Part shown: positions 25,537 through 35,391 of the stretch, piece after piece
How positions within the stretch are numbered: the first letter of the stretch is position 1
How the letters are laid out: each line of letters begins with the position of its first letter
Source: Acidimicrobiales bacterium
GTDB taxonomy: Bacteria; Actinomycetota; Acidimicrobiia; Acidimicrobiales; WLNW01
Direction: 5' to 3'
Assembly (NCBI GenBank): GCA_039934635.1
Contig: JBDTLT010000009.1
Span: forward strand, 6,697 to 70,696
Length of the DNA stretch: 64,000 nucleotides
The notes under the pieces: model-generated
Databases searched by the model: none
Told to the model about the DNA's origin: nothing
What the model saw: only the letters and a program-made list of their open reading frames with translations
Translations under genes and position numbers: made by a program

Positions 25537-27174
25537 GTGCACTGTCAAGGCGTTCATCGGAAGAACCGGGGAGTCGACTTCAATGGCCCCGTGGTTCCGT
25601 TCGATCGCCGGCAGTCGCTGCGGCGCCTGGCCGACGAGTCCTTCGACGTCCTCGTCGTCGGCGGTGGGATCACCGGTGCCGGCTGTGCACTCGACGCCGC
25701 AACGCGGGGGCTGCGGGTGGCACTCGTCGAGGCCAACGACTTCGCATCCGGCACGTCGTCGAAGTCGTCCAAGCTCGTGCACGGTGGGTTGCGGTACCTG
25801 CAGAACGGCGAGCTGCGTCTCGTCTACGAGGCGTTGGCCGAACGGCAGATCCTGGCGGAGAACGCACCGCACCTCGTGCAGATGCTGCCGTTCCTCTTGC
25901 CGATCTTCCACGATGGCGGCTTCATCGATCGGCGCCTTGCCCGCGGCCTCGGTCTGGCGATGTGGGGCTACGACCTCACCGGCGGACTTCGCTACGGCAA
26001 GTTGCACGACCGGCTGTCGCAGTCAGAGGCGCTGACTCGCTTTCCCACACTCGATGCAACGCGACTGGCCTACGCGTACGTGTACTACGACGCGACGGCC
26101 GACGATGCCCGGCTCACCCTGACGATTGCGCGCACCGCGTCGTACTACGGCGCCGCTGTCGCGAACTACTCGCCCGTGCAGTCACTCATGCACGATCGCG
26201 ATGGACGCGTCGTGGGTGCAACCGTCGAGGCCGACGGCGCCGAAATCGCAATTCGTGCGCGCGTGGTGATCAACGCCTGTGGGGTCTGGAGCGACCGCAT
26301 TCGGGCAATGGATCCGGGTGCGACTGCGCCGATGATCCGTCCGGCCAAGGGCGTGCACATCACCGTGCCGCGATCGCTGATCCGCAACGAGATCGCGGCA
26401 GTGCTGCCGGTGCCCGGCGACAAGCGCACCGTGTTCGTAGTGCCGTGGGGCGACTTCACCTACGTCGGGACGACCGACACCGACTATGACGGCACCATCG
26501 ACGACCCTCGCTGCACCGACGACGACATTGCGTACTTGTTGCGCACGATCAACGCGGCGCTCAAACCGCCGATCTCGCGCGACGACATCGTCGGCGCCTG
26601 GGCGGGGCTGCGACCCCTGGTCGCTCTGTCAGGGGCGCGCGGCCGCCGCGCCCGCGATCTCTCTCGGCGTCATCTCGTGCACTCCGCGGCCAGCGGCCTG
26701 ATCACGGTGACCGGCGGCAAGCTGACCACGTACCGGCGCATGTCCGAGCAGACCATCGATAGGGCGATTCGAGCACTCGGCCGGCACGGTCATCGCTGCC
26801 TCACCGCACGAGTCCCGCTCGTCGGCGCCGAGCGCTTCGAGCCCGGTACGGCGGACTCTCATCTCGCGGCGCGTTTCGGCACCGAGGCCGGCGCGGTACG
26901 CGCGCTCACTCGCCAAGCCGGTCTCGAACGGCCACTGATCCCGGGGCTCCCCTACTTGCGTGCGGAGGTCGTCTTCGCGGCGCGCCACGAGATGGCCCGA
27001 ACGGTCGACGATGTGTTGAGCCGGCGCACGCGGGCGCGCATCCTGGCGCGCCGGGCAAGCGTCGCTGCTGCGGCCGACGTCGCGATGCTGCTCGGTGCCG
27101 AGCTCGGGCTCTCGCCCGAAGTGCAGCGCGCGCAGGTCACCACCTATCGCACGCGCGTCGATGACGCTGAGTAG
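25537..27174 (+). CDS. glpD: FAD-dependent glycerol-3-phosphate dehydrogenase
   Basis: FDVLVVGGGITGAGCALDAATRGLRVALVEANDFASGTSSKSSKLVHGGLRYL is the GlpD N-terminal signature. The start is GTG and may be a few codons downstream. Confidence 0.88.
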   Translation: MHCQGVHRKNRGVDFNGPVVPFDRRQSLRRLADESFDVLVVGGGITGAGCALDAATRGLRVALVEANDFASGTSSKSSKLVHGGLRYLQNGELRLVYEALAERQILAENAPHLVQMLPFLLPIFHDGGFIDRRLARGLGLAMWGYDLTGGLRYGKLHDRLSQSEALTRFPTLDATRLAYAYVYYDATADDARLTLTIARTASYYGAAVANYSPVQSLMHDRDGRVVGATVEADGAEIAIRARVVINACGVWSDRIRAMDPGATAPMIRPAKGVHITVPRSLIRNEIAAVLPVPGDKRTVFVVPWGDFTYVGTTDTDYDGTIDDPRCTDDDIAYLLRTINAALKPPISRDDIVGAWAGLRPLVALSGARGRRARDLSRRHLVHSAASGLITVTGGKLTTYRRMSEQTIDRAIRALGRHGHRCLTARVPLVGAERFEPGTADSHLAARFGTEAGAVRALTRQAGLERPLIPGLPYLRAEVVFAARHEMARTVDDVLSRRTRARILARRASVAAAADVAMLLGAELGLSPEVQRAQVTTYRTRVDDAE

Positions 27175-27206
27175 CGTGCCCGCTCGGACGACGCAGGGGG
27201 ACACCA

Positions 27207-28013
27207 ATGGCTGATGACGTGATCCTGATCGAGGACCGCGAACGGGTGCGCTATCTCACCATCAACCGACCCGAGAAGCGCAACGCGATCACTGTCGATC
27301 AACTCGGTCAGCTCATCGACGCGGCGCTCGCGGCGAACGGAGATCCGTCGATCGGCGCGGTCGTGATCCGGGGTGAGGGCAAAGCATTTTGTGCCGGCAT
27401 CGACATCGATCCCTCGCAGATGGACATGCAATACGACACTCGCACGTTGCAACAAGAGCTGCGATTGCTCGAACCGTTTCGCCGTCTCGACGACCTCTGG
27501 CGCTCACCGACGCCGGTGATCGCCAGTGTGCACGGCTATTGCCTCGGCGTTGGCACTGATGTCGCGTTCCACAGCGACATCGTCGTGTGTGCCGAGGACG
27601 CGAAGTTCGGCTATCCCATCGTGCGTTCGATGGGATCGCCCCCGACGCATATGTGGACGTATCTCGCCGGTCCACAGTGGGCCAAGCGCATGCTGCTCAC
27701 CGGCGACATGATCGACGGACGCACCGCCGAGCGGGCGGGCTTCGTCATGCAGGCGGTGCCGACGGAGGATCTCGCCACTGTGACCCACGAGTTGGCGCGC
27801 AAGATCGCCACCGTGCCCCCCGACCTTCTCGCGCACAACAAATCGATCTGCAACAAGGTCATCGAAGCCATGGGTCGGGCGCTCGTGCAGGAGCTGGCCC
27901 GCGAGCAAAATGCGATGGGTCATCACTCGCCTGACGCGCAAGAGTTCGGCCGCATCGCCAACGATCAAGGGCTGAAGGCCGCGCTCGCCTGGCAGAACGA
28001 CAAGTTCGGCTGA
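27207..28013 (+). CDS. Enoyl-CoA hydratase/isomerase (crotonase) family protein
   Basis: The segment LTINRPEKRNAI...GEGKAFCAGIDI forms the oxyanion-hole region. Confidence 0.88.
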   Translation: MADDVILIEDRERVRYLTINRPEKRNAITVDQLGQLIDAALAANGDPSIGAVVIRGEGKAFCAGIDIDPSQMDMQYDTRTLQQELRLLEPFRRLDDLWRSPTPVIASVHGYCLGVGTDVAFHSDIVVCAEDAKFGYPIVRSMGSPPTHMWTYLAGPQWAKRMLLTGDMIDGRTAERAGFVMQAVPTEDLATVTHELARKIATVPPDLLAHNKSICNKVIEAMGRALVQELAREQNAMGHHSPDAQEFGRIANDQGLKAALAWQNDKFG

Positions 28014-28022
28014 CGCCAGCCG

Positions 28023-29162
28023 CTAGCGCAACAACTCGCGCATCGTGTTGTGGAAGTGGATCGCGGCGGGCTCGTTGCGGCCGAAGATGGTCTCTTTGAC
28101 GAGACCCGACGCGAGCGATCGCTGGATGGCTTCCTGCTGGATGAAGTCCTCGCCGCCGCTGACCTTCTGATGCAGCTCGAGCGTGCGCCGGTAGTGCTCG
28201 TGGTCGGCGTCGCTCTCGACCGGCTTCGGCGTGTAGATAGTCAACTCGGCAACCGTCTCGTCGACCGCACGCGGCAGGAATCGGTAGACGGCCATGTGGT
28301 CGACGCTGTGTGACAAAATAGTGTTCGGCGCGATGAAATACTCGATGGTGCCGCGCGATTCGAGATCCCACTGGTCTTCGGGCAGATCCTTCAGCTCGGG
28401 GAAGTTCTTCTGCAACGAGTGGTAGCGCAGATTCGGCCCGAACGGATCCCACGTCGACGGCGCGACGAGGTAATAGCGCGCCACTGATCGGCGATGCAGC
28501 GCGAACACGTGATACGCCTCGAGAAACGTGTCGAGGATGAGCTTGTAGTTGCACTTCCACGACGACACCCAGCTGTCGTAGCGAAAGAACGACGCCAGCT
28601 CGAAGTCGACGAGTTCTTCGTCGACGCCGCACAGCAGTGCATCGAGGTCGATCGGCTCGTCGCTGGCGGCGCGTACGAACACCAAGCCCGCGCGCTCGGC
28701 CACCGCGGCGGGTCGCAACGAGAGCTCGTCGGTGTCGATCGAAACGAAACCGTCGCACGAGAACGGTTGCGCTACCAGCCGGCCATCGAGACCGTAGGTC
28801 CATCCGTGGAAACCGCAGACGATGCTGCGGTTCAACGTGCCACTGCCGTCGAGCAGGATCGACGCACGATGGCGGCAGATGTTGACGAAGCCGCGCAGCT
28901 GGCCGTCGTCACCTCGAACCACCGCAATCGGTATCCCACCACAGTCGGTCGTCACGAACGCACCGGGCTCGGCGACATCGACCGAAAGACACGCGACGAC
29001 CGGCCGCTCGCGGAAGAGCCGCTGCTGTTCGAGCGCGAACTGCTCGGGGCTCGTGTAGTCCTCGGCCGGGTTGCGCAACGGCTCGGGCGCGAGTTCGGTC
29101 GACTTCTCTTCGTGCAGCGCCAGCAGCCGGCGCACGATCTCTCGTTGTCGTTCCGGCTTCAT
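28023..29162 (-). CDS. Rieske [2Fe-2S] non-heme iron oxygenase, alpha subunit
   Basis: The Rieske motif is CRHRASILLDG...CGFHGWTY and the mononuclear iron motif is EAYHVFALH. I trimmed the ORF to the ATG at 29162, which overlaps the MFS stop (ATGA). Confidence 0.88.
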   Translation of the reverse strand: MKPERQREIVRRLLALHEEKSTELAPEPLRNPAEDYTSPEQFALEQQRLFRERPVVACLSVDVAEPGAFVTTDCGGIPIAVVRGDDGQLRGFVNICRHRASILLDGSGTLNRSIVCGFHGWTYGLDGRLVAQPFSCDGFVSIDTDELSLRPAAVAERAGLVFVRAASDEPIDLDALLCGVDEELVDFELASFFRYDSWVSSWKCNYKLILDTFLEAYHVFALHRRSVARYYLVAPSTWDPFGPNLRYHSLQKNFPELKDLPEDQWDLESRGTIEYFIAPNTILSHSVDHMAVYRFLPRAVDETVAELTIYTPKPVESDADHEHYRRTLELHQKVSGGEDFIQQEAIQRSLASGLVKETIFGRNEPAAIHFHNTMRELLR

Positions 29163-30607
29163 GCGCGCTCCGATCGCGGCCCCATTGTGGCTGCTGCATC
29201 GGCGTCGCGCACGAAGAGCGCCGCGACCGCACCCACGGCGTAGAAGATGACGACCCACAGAAACGAGCGGTGATACGCGTCGAGCTGTGCCTTCTTGAGA
29301 CCTTCACCCGTCGCGCCGGCGGCCGCCGCAGCCGCCGTCTTCGTGCGGATGCCCGTGAAGAGGATTGCTCCGAGGATGGCCACGCCTACCGCGGACGCCA
29401 CCTGTCGCTGGGTACTGAACAGCGAGGACGCGCGACCGGTGTCGGCCATCGTGATGCTGGCGAACGCGCTCGCTTGCAAGGGGATGAACAACAGCGGCAG
29501 GCACAACCCGCGTCCGAACATGATGAGCCGGATCCACCAGAGGTTGGTGTGCTCGTCGACCCACAAGAAGTTGAGATTGATCAGCGCCGAGAAAAGCAGG
29601 CCGGCAACCATGAGACGACGCGGGCCGAGGCGCATGTACGCGATGCCCACGTAGCGGGCAATCGCGATGAAGCCCAATGCCTGCGTGAAGGTGGTCAAAC
29701 CAGACTCTTGTGGCGACAGGCCGCGGTAGAGCTGCAGGAACAGCGGGAGCACGAAGACACTGCCGATGAATGCGCCCATGCCGATGAATCCGACGATGTT
29801 CGCGGAGCGGAACGCGCGGTTGGCGTAGAGGCGAAACGCCAACATCGGCGAGCTCTGGCGCAACTCGTAGAGGATCAGGATCGCGACGACAACCAGGCCT
29901 GCCGCAGTCGGCACGATCGAGAGTGCCGCCGTCCACCCGCGGCGCGGGACCTCGGACAGCCCGAAGATGACGAGACCGAAACCGGTTGCCGAAAGCGCGA
30001 AGCCGGGGACGTCGAACTTGCCCGCGGTCGGTTCTTTGCCTTCTTGCAGATAGAGCACCCCGAACACGAAGGCGGCGATGCCGATCGGCACGTTGATGAG
30101 GAAGATGAATCGCCACGACGTGTGCGTGGTGATGACGCCGCCCAGCACCGGCCCGAGCGCGGGGCCGAGCACGCTCGGGATCGTGAGCACCGACGACGCC
30201 CGCGCCCGCTCGCTCGGAGGGTACGCGCGGTACAGCATCGCCGTGCCGACCGGTACGAGCATGCCGCCACCGATGCCCTGCACGACGCGAAAGGCGATCA
30301 GCGCCTCGATGCTCCACGAGAGACCGCAGAGCGCCGACCCGAGGGTGAACATGCCCAACGCGAACAGGAACACGCGCTTTGTGCCGACGCGATCACCCAG
30401 CCAACCGGAGGCGGGGATCCAGACCGCGAGGCTGAGGAGATAGCCGGTGACCACCCATTCGAGACCGGTGGCGCTGGCGCCGAACTTGTCGCCGATCGTC
30501 GGCAACGCGACGTTGACGATGGTGACGTCGAGGACATCCATGAACACACCGACGACGAACGCGACGGCGACAATTCGCTTGTACGGCCACGACGTGAGGG
30601 TGGGCAT
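29159..30607 (-). CDS. MFS transporter, DHA2 (EmrB/QacA, 14-TMS) family
   Basis: I trimmed the ORF to the ATG at 30607 (MPTLTSWPYKRIVAV...). LDVTIVNVALPTI, WLGDRVGTKRVF and FRVVQGIGGG are present. Confidence 0.88.
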   Translation of the reverse strand: MPTLTSWPYKRIVAVAFVVGVFMDVLDVTIVNVALPTIGDKFGASATGLEWVVTGYLLSLAVWIPASGWLGDRVGTKRVFLFALGMFTLGSALCGLSWSIEALIAFRVVQGIGGGMLVPVGTAMLYRAYPPSERARASSVLTIPSVLGPALGPVLGGVITTHTSWRFIFLINVPIGIAAFVFGVLYLQEGKEPTAGKFDVPGFALSATGFGLVIFGLSEVPRRGWTAALSIVPTAAGLVVVAILILYELRQSSPMLAFRLYANRAFRSANIVGFIGMGAFIGSVFVLPLFLQLYRGLSPQESGLTTFTQALGFIAIARYVGIAYMRLGPRRLMVAGLLFSALINLNFLWVDEHTNLWWIRLIMFGRGLCLPLLFIPLQASAFASITMADTGRASSLFSTQRQVASAVGVAILGAILFTGIRTKTAAAAAAGATGEGLKKAQLDAYHRSFLWVVIFYAVGAVAALFVRDADAAATMGPRSERA

Positions 30608-30641
30608 GCGGGCGGACCCTACAGCGTGACAGGCTGCGCAT

Positions 30642-31850
30642 ATGAATGCGACACGCAACTCAGCAGACGGACCACTCCGCGGTGTTCGCATTGTCGATTT
30701 GTCGACCGTGCTGTCCGGCCCCATGGCGACCACACTCCTCGCCGATCAGGGCGCGACCGTGATCAAGGTCGAAGCACCCGGCGCCGGCGACCTGACGCGA
30801 CAGATCTCGACGCGCAGCAACGGCGTGACGGCCATGTTCCAGGTCGCCAACCGCGGGAAACGCGCGATCACCATCGATCTGCGTCGTGAACACGGCCTGG
30901 CGGTGCTGCACAAGCTGGCCGCCGGCGCCGATGTGTTCGTGCAGAATTTCCGGCCCGGCGTCGTCGACCGCATCGGCATCGGCTACGACGCGCTGCGCGC
31001 ATTGAACCCCGAGTTGATCTATCTGTCGATCAGCGGTTTCGGATCGGTCGGCCCTCTCGCCCAGACGAAGGTGTACGACAACTTGATCCAAGCCGCGTCG
31101 GGCTTCGCGCACGGCCAAGCGGGCGCCGACGGCGCCCCCACGTTCATCAAGAACCTTGCCTGCGACAAGATCACTGCACTCACCGCCGCACAGGCGATCA
31201 GCGCGGCGCTCTACGCACGAGCAATGGGTCGCGGAGGCCAGCACATCGAGCTCGCCATGCTCGATGCGGCGGTGTGGTTCCTGTGGACCGACCGGGCAAC
31301 CGAATTCACCTGGACCGGCGAGGATGTCAAGGTGTTGCCGTCGTTGTCGCAGTACGACGTCACGCGATTCAAAGATGGATGGGGCACGATCGCCGCGGTG
31401 ACCGACGAAGAGTTCGCCGGGCTCTGTCGCGCCCTCGATGTCGCGCACATCGCCGAGGACCCTCGATTCACCACGATGACCAAGCGTCTCTCGGATCCCG
31501 ACTATCCCCGCGTCTACCGCGAGATCGTGCAAGGGGCCGCCGGCAAATTCACGATCGGCGAAGCGCTGCGCCGCCTGAGCGAAGCCAAGGTGCCCGCCGT
31601 CGCGGCCGTGGCGCTGTCGGAGATTCCGGACCATCCTCAGATCATCGCCAACGAGCTCATCGTCGCGGACGAGCATCCGCTCGCCGGTCCGCTGCAGCAA
31701 CCGCGGCCCGCGGCGCGGTTCTCCGAGACGCCGGCGGCACCCGCGGGGCCGGCCCCGGTCCCCGGACAGCACACCGACGCCATCCTCGCCGAGCTCGGCT
31801 ACAGCGCGACCGAGTGCGCCGCGTTGCGATCCGATGGCGCCGTCGCCTAA
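30642..31850 (+). CDS. CoA-transferase family III (CaiB/BaiF-type)
   Basis: LRGVRIVDLSTVLSGPMATTLLADQGATVIKVE and ...VFVQNFRPGVVDRIGIGYDAL are family-III signatures. Confidence 0.9.
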   Translation: MNATRNSADGPLRGVRIVDLSTVLSGPMATTLLADQGATVIKVEAPGAGDLTRQISTRSNGVTAMFQVANRGKRAITIDLRREHGLAVLHKLAAGADVFVQNFRPGVVDRIGIGYDALRALNPELIYLSISGFGSVGPLAQTKVYDNLIQAASGFAHGQAGADGAPTFIKNLACDKITALTAAQAISAALYARAMGRGGQHIELAMLDAAVWFLWTDRATEFTWTGEDVKVLPSLSQYDVTRFKDGWGTIAAVTDEEFAGLCRALDVAHIAEDPRFTTMTKRLSDPDYPRVYREIVQGAAGKFTIGEALRRLSEAKVPAVAAVALSEIPDHPQIIANELIVADEHPLAGPLQQPRPAARFSETPAAPAGPAPVPGQHTDAILAELGYSATECAALRSDGAVA

Positions 31851-31893
31851 CCGACCGTCTCCCCAAAAACCCCCGAGCGGGTAGGGTGCGGCG

Positions 31894-32280
31894 GTGGCCG
31901 ATGTACAGCGAATCTCTTCAGGGAGCCCGTTCGAACCGGTGATGGGCTATTGCCGCGCCGTGCGCGTCGATGACCGCATCTTCGTGGCGGGCACCGCACC
32001 GAGTTGGCCCGACGGTCACGTCGATCCCGATGCCGAAACGCAAGCCCGACGGTGCTTCGAGATCATCGGGCGGGCGCTCGAAGAGGCCGGTGCATCGTTC
32101 GGCGATGTCGTGCGTACGCGCATCTACCTCGTCGACGCAACCGACTTCGACGCCGTCGCCCGCGCCCACGGCGAGATATTCGCCGACATCCGGCCGGCCA
32201 ACACGACGCTCGTCGTGGCCGCGTTGCTCAACGCGGCGTGGAAGATGGAGATCGAAGTCGACGCGGTCATCTCGTCGTAG
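31894..32280 (+). CDS. RidA/YjgF-family protein
   Basis: The product is 128 aa with ...RIFVAGT...VRTRIYL...EIEVDAV, the typical RidA pattern. The start is GTG. Confidence 0.8.
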   Translation: MADVQRISSGSPFEPVMGYCRAVRVDDRIFVAGTAPSWPDGHVDPDAETQARRCFEIIGRALEEAGASFGDVVRTRIYLVDATDFDAVARAHGEIFADIRPANTTLVVAALLNAAWKMEIEVDAVISS

Positions 32281-32291
32281 CCGACCGTGAG

Positions 32292-34376
32292 CTAGTGATA
32301 GCTCACCAACGTGGCAGCCGCGGCAGCAATGTCTTCTGACTGCGGCAACACTGCGCGTTCGAGCAGCGGCTCGTAGGGAACGTGCGTGTCGAGGGCACCA
32401 ACTCGGCGCACCGGTGCGTCGAGCGACGCGAAGAGCACGTCGCCCGCCCATGCGGCGATCTCGGCGCCGAAGCCACCGGTCACGATGTCTTCGTGCACGA
32501 CGAGCAGTCGGTGTGTCTTGCGCACCGAACTTTCGATGGCGTCGCGGTCATAGGGAATGATCGTGCGCAAGTCGAGGACTTCGACATCGATCTCGGCCTC
32601 GGCCCGCAACCGCTCGGCGGCCTCGAGCGACTTCTGCACGGTCGCGCCCCACGTGACGATCGTGAGATCACGTCCCTCGCGACGGCGTGCCGCCCGCCCG
32701 AACGGCACGATGTGGTTGGCGCCGGGATACGGATCACGCGCGTACGGTTGGCGCAGCAGGTGCTTGTGCTCCAGGAACAACACCGGGTCTTCACACTCGA
32801 ACGCGTAGCGCAACAAGCCCGCCGCGTCGGCCGCGCGCGAAGGGAACGCGATCAACAGGCCCGGTATGTGCGCAAAGATCGATTCGCCGCTTTGACTGTG
32901 CCAGATCGCGCCGCCGGTCAAGTAACCACCGATCGCGACCCGGATGACGGTGGGTACGTGAAACGCCCCATTGGAGCGCCACCGGATCGTCGCCGCTTCG
33001 CTCTTGATCTGCTGCATGGCGGGCCAGATGTAGTCGAAGAACTGGATCTCGGGACACGGGCGCAAACCGCGCAGGGCCTGCCCAACCGCACGACCGATGA
33101 TGTTCGCTTCGGCGAGCGGCGTGTTGTAGCAGCGGTCGCTGCCGAACTTGCGCTGCAGCCCACGGGTCGTGCCGAACACGCCACCTTTGCCTTCGACCAT
33201 GTCGAGCAACTCGGGCGGTGCGTCGGCCACGTCTTCGCCGAAAACCCGAACGCGCTCGTCGACCGCCATGATGTCGTGCAGGGTGCGGTTGATGGTGTCG
33301 CCGAAGCCGGCGGGGTCGCCTTCGTTGGCGGGTGTCGTCTCGGTACGCGCCGGCAACATGTAGACGTGGTCGCCGACGGTGAGCGGATCGGGGCGCCGCG
33401 CCTCGATGGCGCGCCGCGCGATGTCGGCGACCGCCTCACGTGCGTCGGCTCGGATGCGCTCGACTTCGTCGTCGCTCAGCACCCCGGCATCGACGAGCGT
33501 GCGGCCCATGAGCACCAGCGGATCGCGACGCGCTTCGTCGGCGAGCTCGTCGGCCGGCCGGTACTTCGACTGCGCGTCGGCCGACGAGTGCGAATACGGC
33601 CGTGTGACCTTGGCGTGCAACAGCGCGGGCCCGCGACCCGAGCGCACCCAATCGATGGCCTGCGCGCCCACCCTGCGCACCGCGAAGTAGTCGCCGCCAT
33701 CGACGTGGAAGATGTTGAGGCCACGGAACCCGATGACCATCTGATCGATCGGCGCCGGCGCCTGATCACGAGCAGGGACCGATATCGCCCATCCGTTGTC
33801 GGCGACGACGATCAGCAACGGCAACTTGAGCGTGCATGCCGTGTTGAGGCCTTCCCACACTTCACCTTCGGAGCACGCGCCTTCTCCGAGCGACACGTAG
33901 GTCAGCTCGTCAGTGTGCGCGACACAGCCGGGCATGCCCGGATGGTTCACGATGTAACGCGACGCTTCGGCACAACCGACTGCGCCGAGCATCTGGCTGC
34001 CGGTGGGGCTCGACTGCGTGACGATGTTCAACTTTGCGTCGCCCCAATGCGCCGGCATCATGCGACCGCCGGACGCGGGATCGTCGGCTGCGCCGACGGC
34101 TTGGAGCAGCGTGTCGTACGGCGAGACACCAAGACCCAACACGAGCGAGAGATCACGGTAGTAGGGGAAGAACCAGTCGTGGGCGGGACGAAGATGGCGC
34201 GCCAACCCGACACCCAATGCCTCATGGCCGGCGCCCGAGATCTCGAAGAAGACCTTCGACTGTTTTTGCAGGCTGATCTCGCGGTCATCGATCGCACGCG
34301 ATGTTGCTGCCAGCCGGAAATCGGCAACGGCCTCGTCGGCGGCGACGCCGTGCGGCAATTCTCGAGGCGAGCCCAT
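32292..34376 (-). CDS. 2-oxoacid dehydrogenase E1 component, fused alpha/beta subunits (ThDP-dependent)
   Basis: The alpha part reads ISGAGHEALGV...YYRDL...PTGSQMLGAVG...GEGACSEGEVWE. The beta part reads ...YNTPLAEANIIGRAVG.... The start is set at the ATG at 34376, which shares one nt with the E2 stop (TGATG). Confidence 0.88.
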   Translation of the reverse strand: MGSPRELPHGVAADEAVADFRLAATSRAIDDREISLQKQSKVFFEISGAGHEALGVGLARHLRPAHDWFFPYYRDLSLVLGLGVSPYDTLLQAVGAADDPASGGRMMPAHWGDAKLNIVTQSSPTGSQMLGAVGCAEASRYIVNHPGMPGCVAHTDELTYVSLGEGACSEGEVWEGLNTACTLKLPLLIVVADNGWAISVPARDQAPAPIDQMVIGFRGLNIFHVDGGDYFAVRRVGAQAIDWVRSGRGPALLHAKVTRPYSHSSADAQSKYRPADELADEARRDPLVLMGRTLVDAGVLSDDEVERIRADAREAVADIARRAIEARRPDPLTVGDHVYMLPARTETTPANEGDPAGFGDTINRTLHDIMAVDERVRVFGEDVADAPPELLDMVEGKGGVFGTTRGLQRKFGSDRCYNTPLAEANIIGRAVGQALRGLRPCPEIQFFDYIWPAMQQIKSEAATIRWRSNGAFHVPTVIRVAIGGYLTGGAIWHSQSGESIFAHIPGLLIAFPSRAADAAGLLRYAFECEDPVLFLEHKHLLRQPYARDPYPGANHIVPFGRAARRREGRDLTIVTWGATVQKSLEAAERLRAEAEIDVEVLDLRTIIPYDRDAIESSVRKTHRLLVVHEDIVTGGFGAEIAAWAGDVLFASLDAPVRRVGALDTHVPYEPLLERAVLPQSEDIAAAAATLVSYH

Positions 34377-35314
34377 CAGATCTCGTCTTCCCAATCACGC
34401 TGCACGAGGATGTCACGCACAAGCGCGAGGAATGCCGTCGCGTAGGCGCCGTCGAACGCACGGTGGTCGAAAGACAACGAGAGGTTGCCGATCGGTCGGA
34501 TGCCCACCGACCAACCGCCGGCGCCGTCGGCCACTGCGCAGGGCCGCATGTGCACACCGTCGGTCGAGAGGATCGCGACCTGTGGAGGGTTGATGATCGG
34601 CCCGGTGACGACGGTGCCATAGCTGCCGGCGTTGGTGATCGTGAATGTGCCACCGCGGAGATCATCAGCACTCAACTGTCGGGCGCGTGCGCTCGCGGCC
34701 ATGGAACGGAATCGGTCGGCCATCGCCAAGAGGCGCAGCCCGCCGGCATTGCGCAACACCGGCACGACGAGGCCTTGAAAGTCGAGATCGACCGAGATGC
34801 CGAGGTTGATCTCGCGATGGACGATCAACACGTCGTCACCGAGTGAGGCATTCACATGGGGAAACTGGCGCAAGGCATCGACCACCGCGCGACCGACGAA
34901 CGGTAGGTAGGACACTTTGTTGGCCGTACGCACCGACTCGACGGCGGAGTAGTCGACCTCGACGACGACGAGGGTGTGGGCTGCGGTCGACAGCGAATGC
35001 GTCAGGTTCGCCGCGATGCGCTTGCGGATCGGCGTCAGCGCCACCACCGTGTCGCCGTCACCGGCAGCAAGACCGGCGAGGGGCGCCGGTGCAACAGATG
35101 CGGTCGGTGCACTCGCCCGACCGTTGGTCGGGGGACGCCGGACGAGCGGTTCACTGCGCGCCGCGAGGCGTGCCGCAACGAGGTCACGCGTCGTGAGCCC
35201 GCCGAGCGCGGCCCCCGCGGGGACCGCGTCGGAAGGTGCGAGACCGCCCGAATTTTCAGGCACCGGCAAACCCCCGATCGGCAGTACTGAACACGAGTCT
35301 AACGGGCGGGTCAC
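34376..35314 (-). CDS. 2-oxoacid dehydrogenase E2 acyltransferase catalytic domain only (no lipoyl domain)
   Basis: The catalytic core reads PIRKRIAANL...TITNAGSYG...LSLSFDHRAFDGA. The N-terminal ~95 aa is a Pro/Ala-rich linker-like sequence. The start is GTG. Only 77 bp separate it from the divergent gene. Confidence 0.8.
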   Translation of the reverse strand: MTRPLDSCSVLPIGGLPVPENSGGLAPSDAVPAGAALGGLTTRDLVAARLAARSEPLVRRPPTNGRASAPTASVAPAPLAGLAAGDGDTVVALTPIRKRIAANLTHSLSTAAHTLVVVEVDYSAVESVRTANKVSYLPFVGRAVVDALRQFPHVNASLGDDVLIVHREINLGISVDLDFQGLVVPVLRNAGGLRLLAMADRFRSMAASARARQLSADDLRGGTFTITNAGSYGTVVTGPIINPPQVAILSTDGVHMRPCAVADGAGGWSVGIRPIGNLSLSFDHRAFDGAYATAFLALVRDILVQRDWEDEI

Positions 35315-35391
35315 GGCCCACCGACATACCGCACGAGTCGAGACGCCCTCACGACAACGTCACCCCTACGACGCGGGTACGGTGCGCACCC

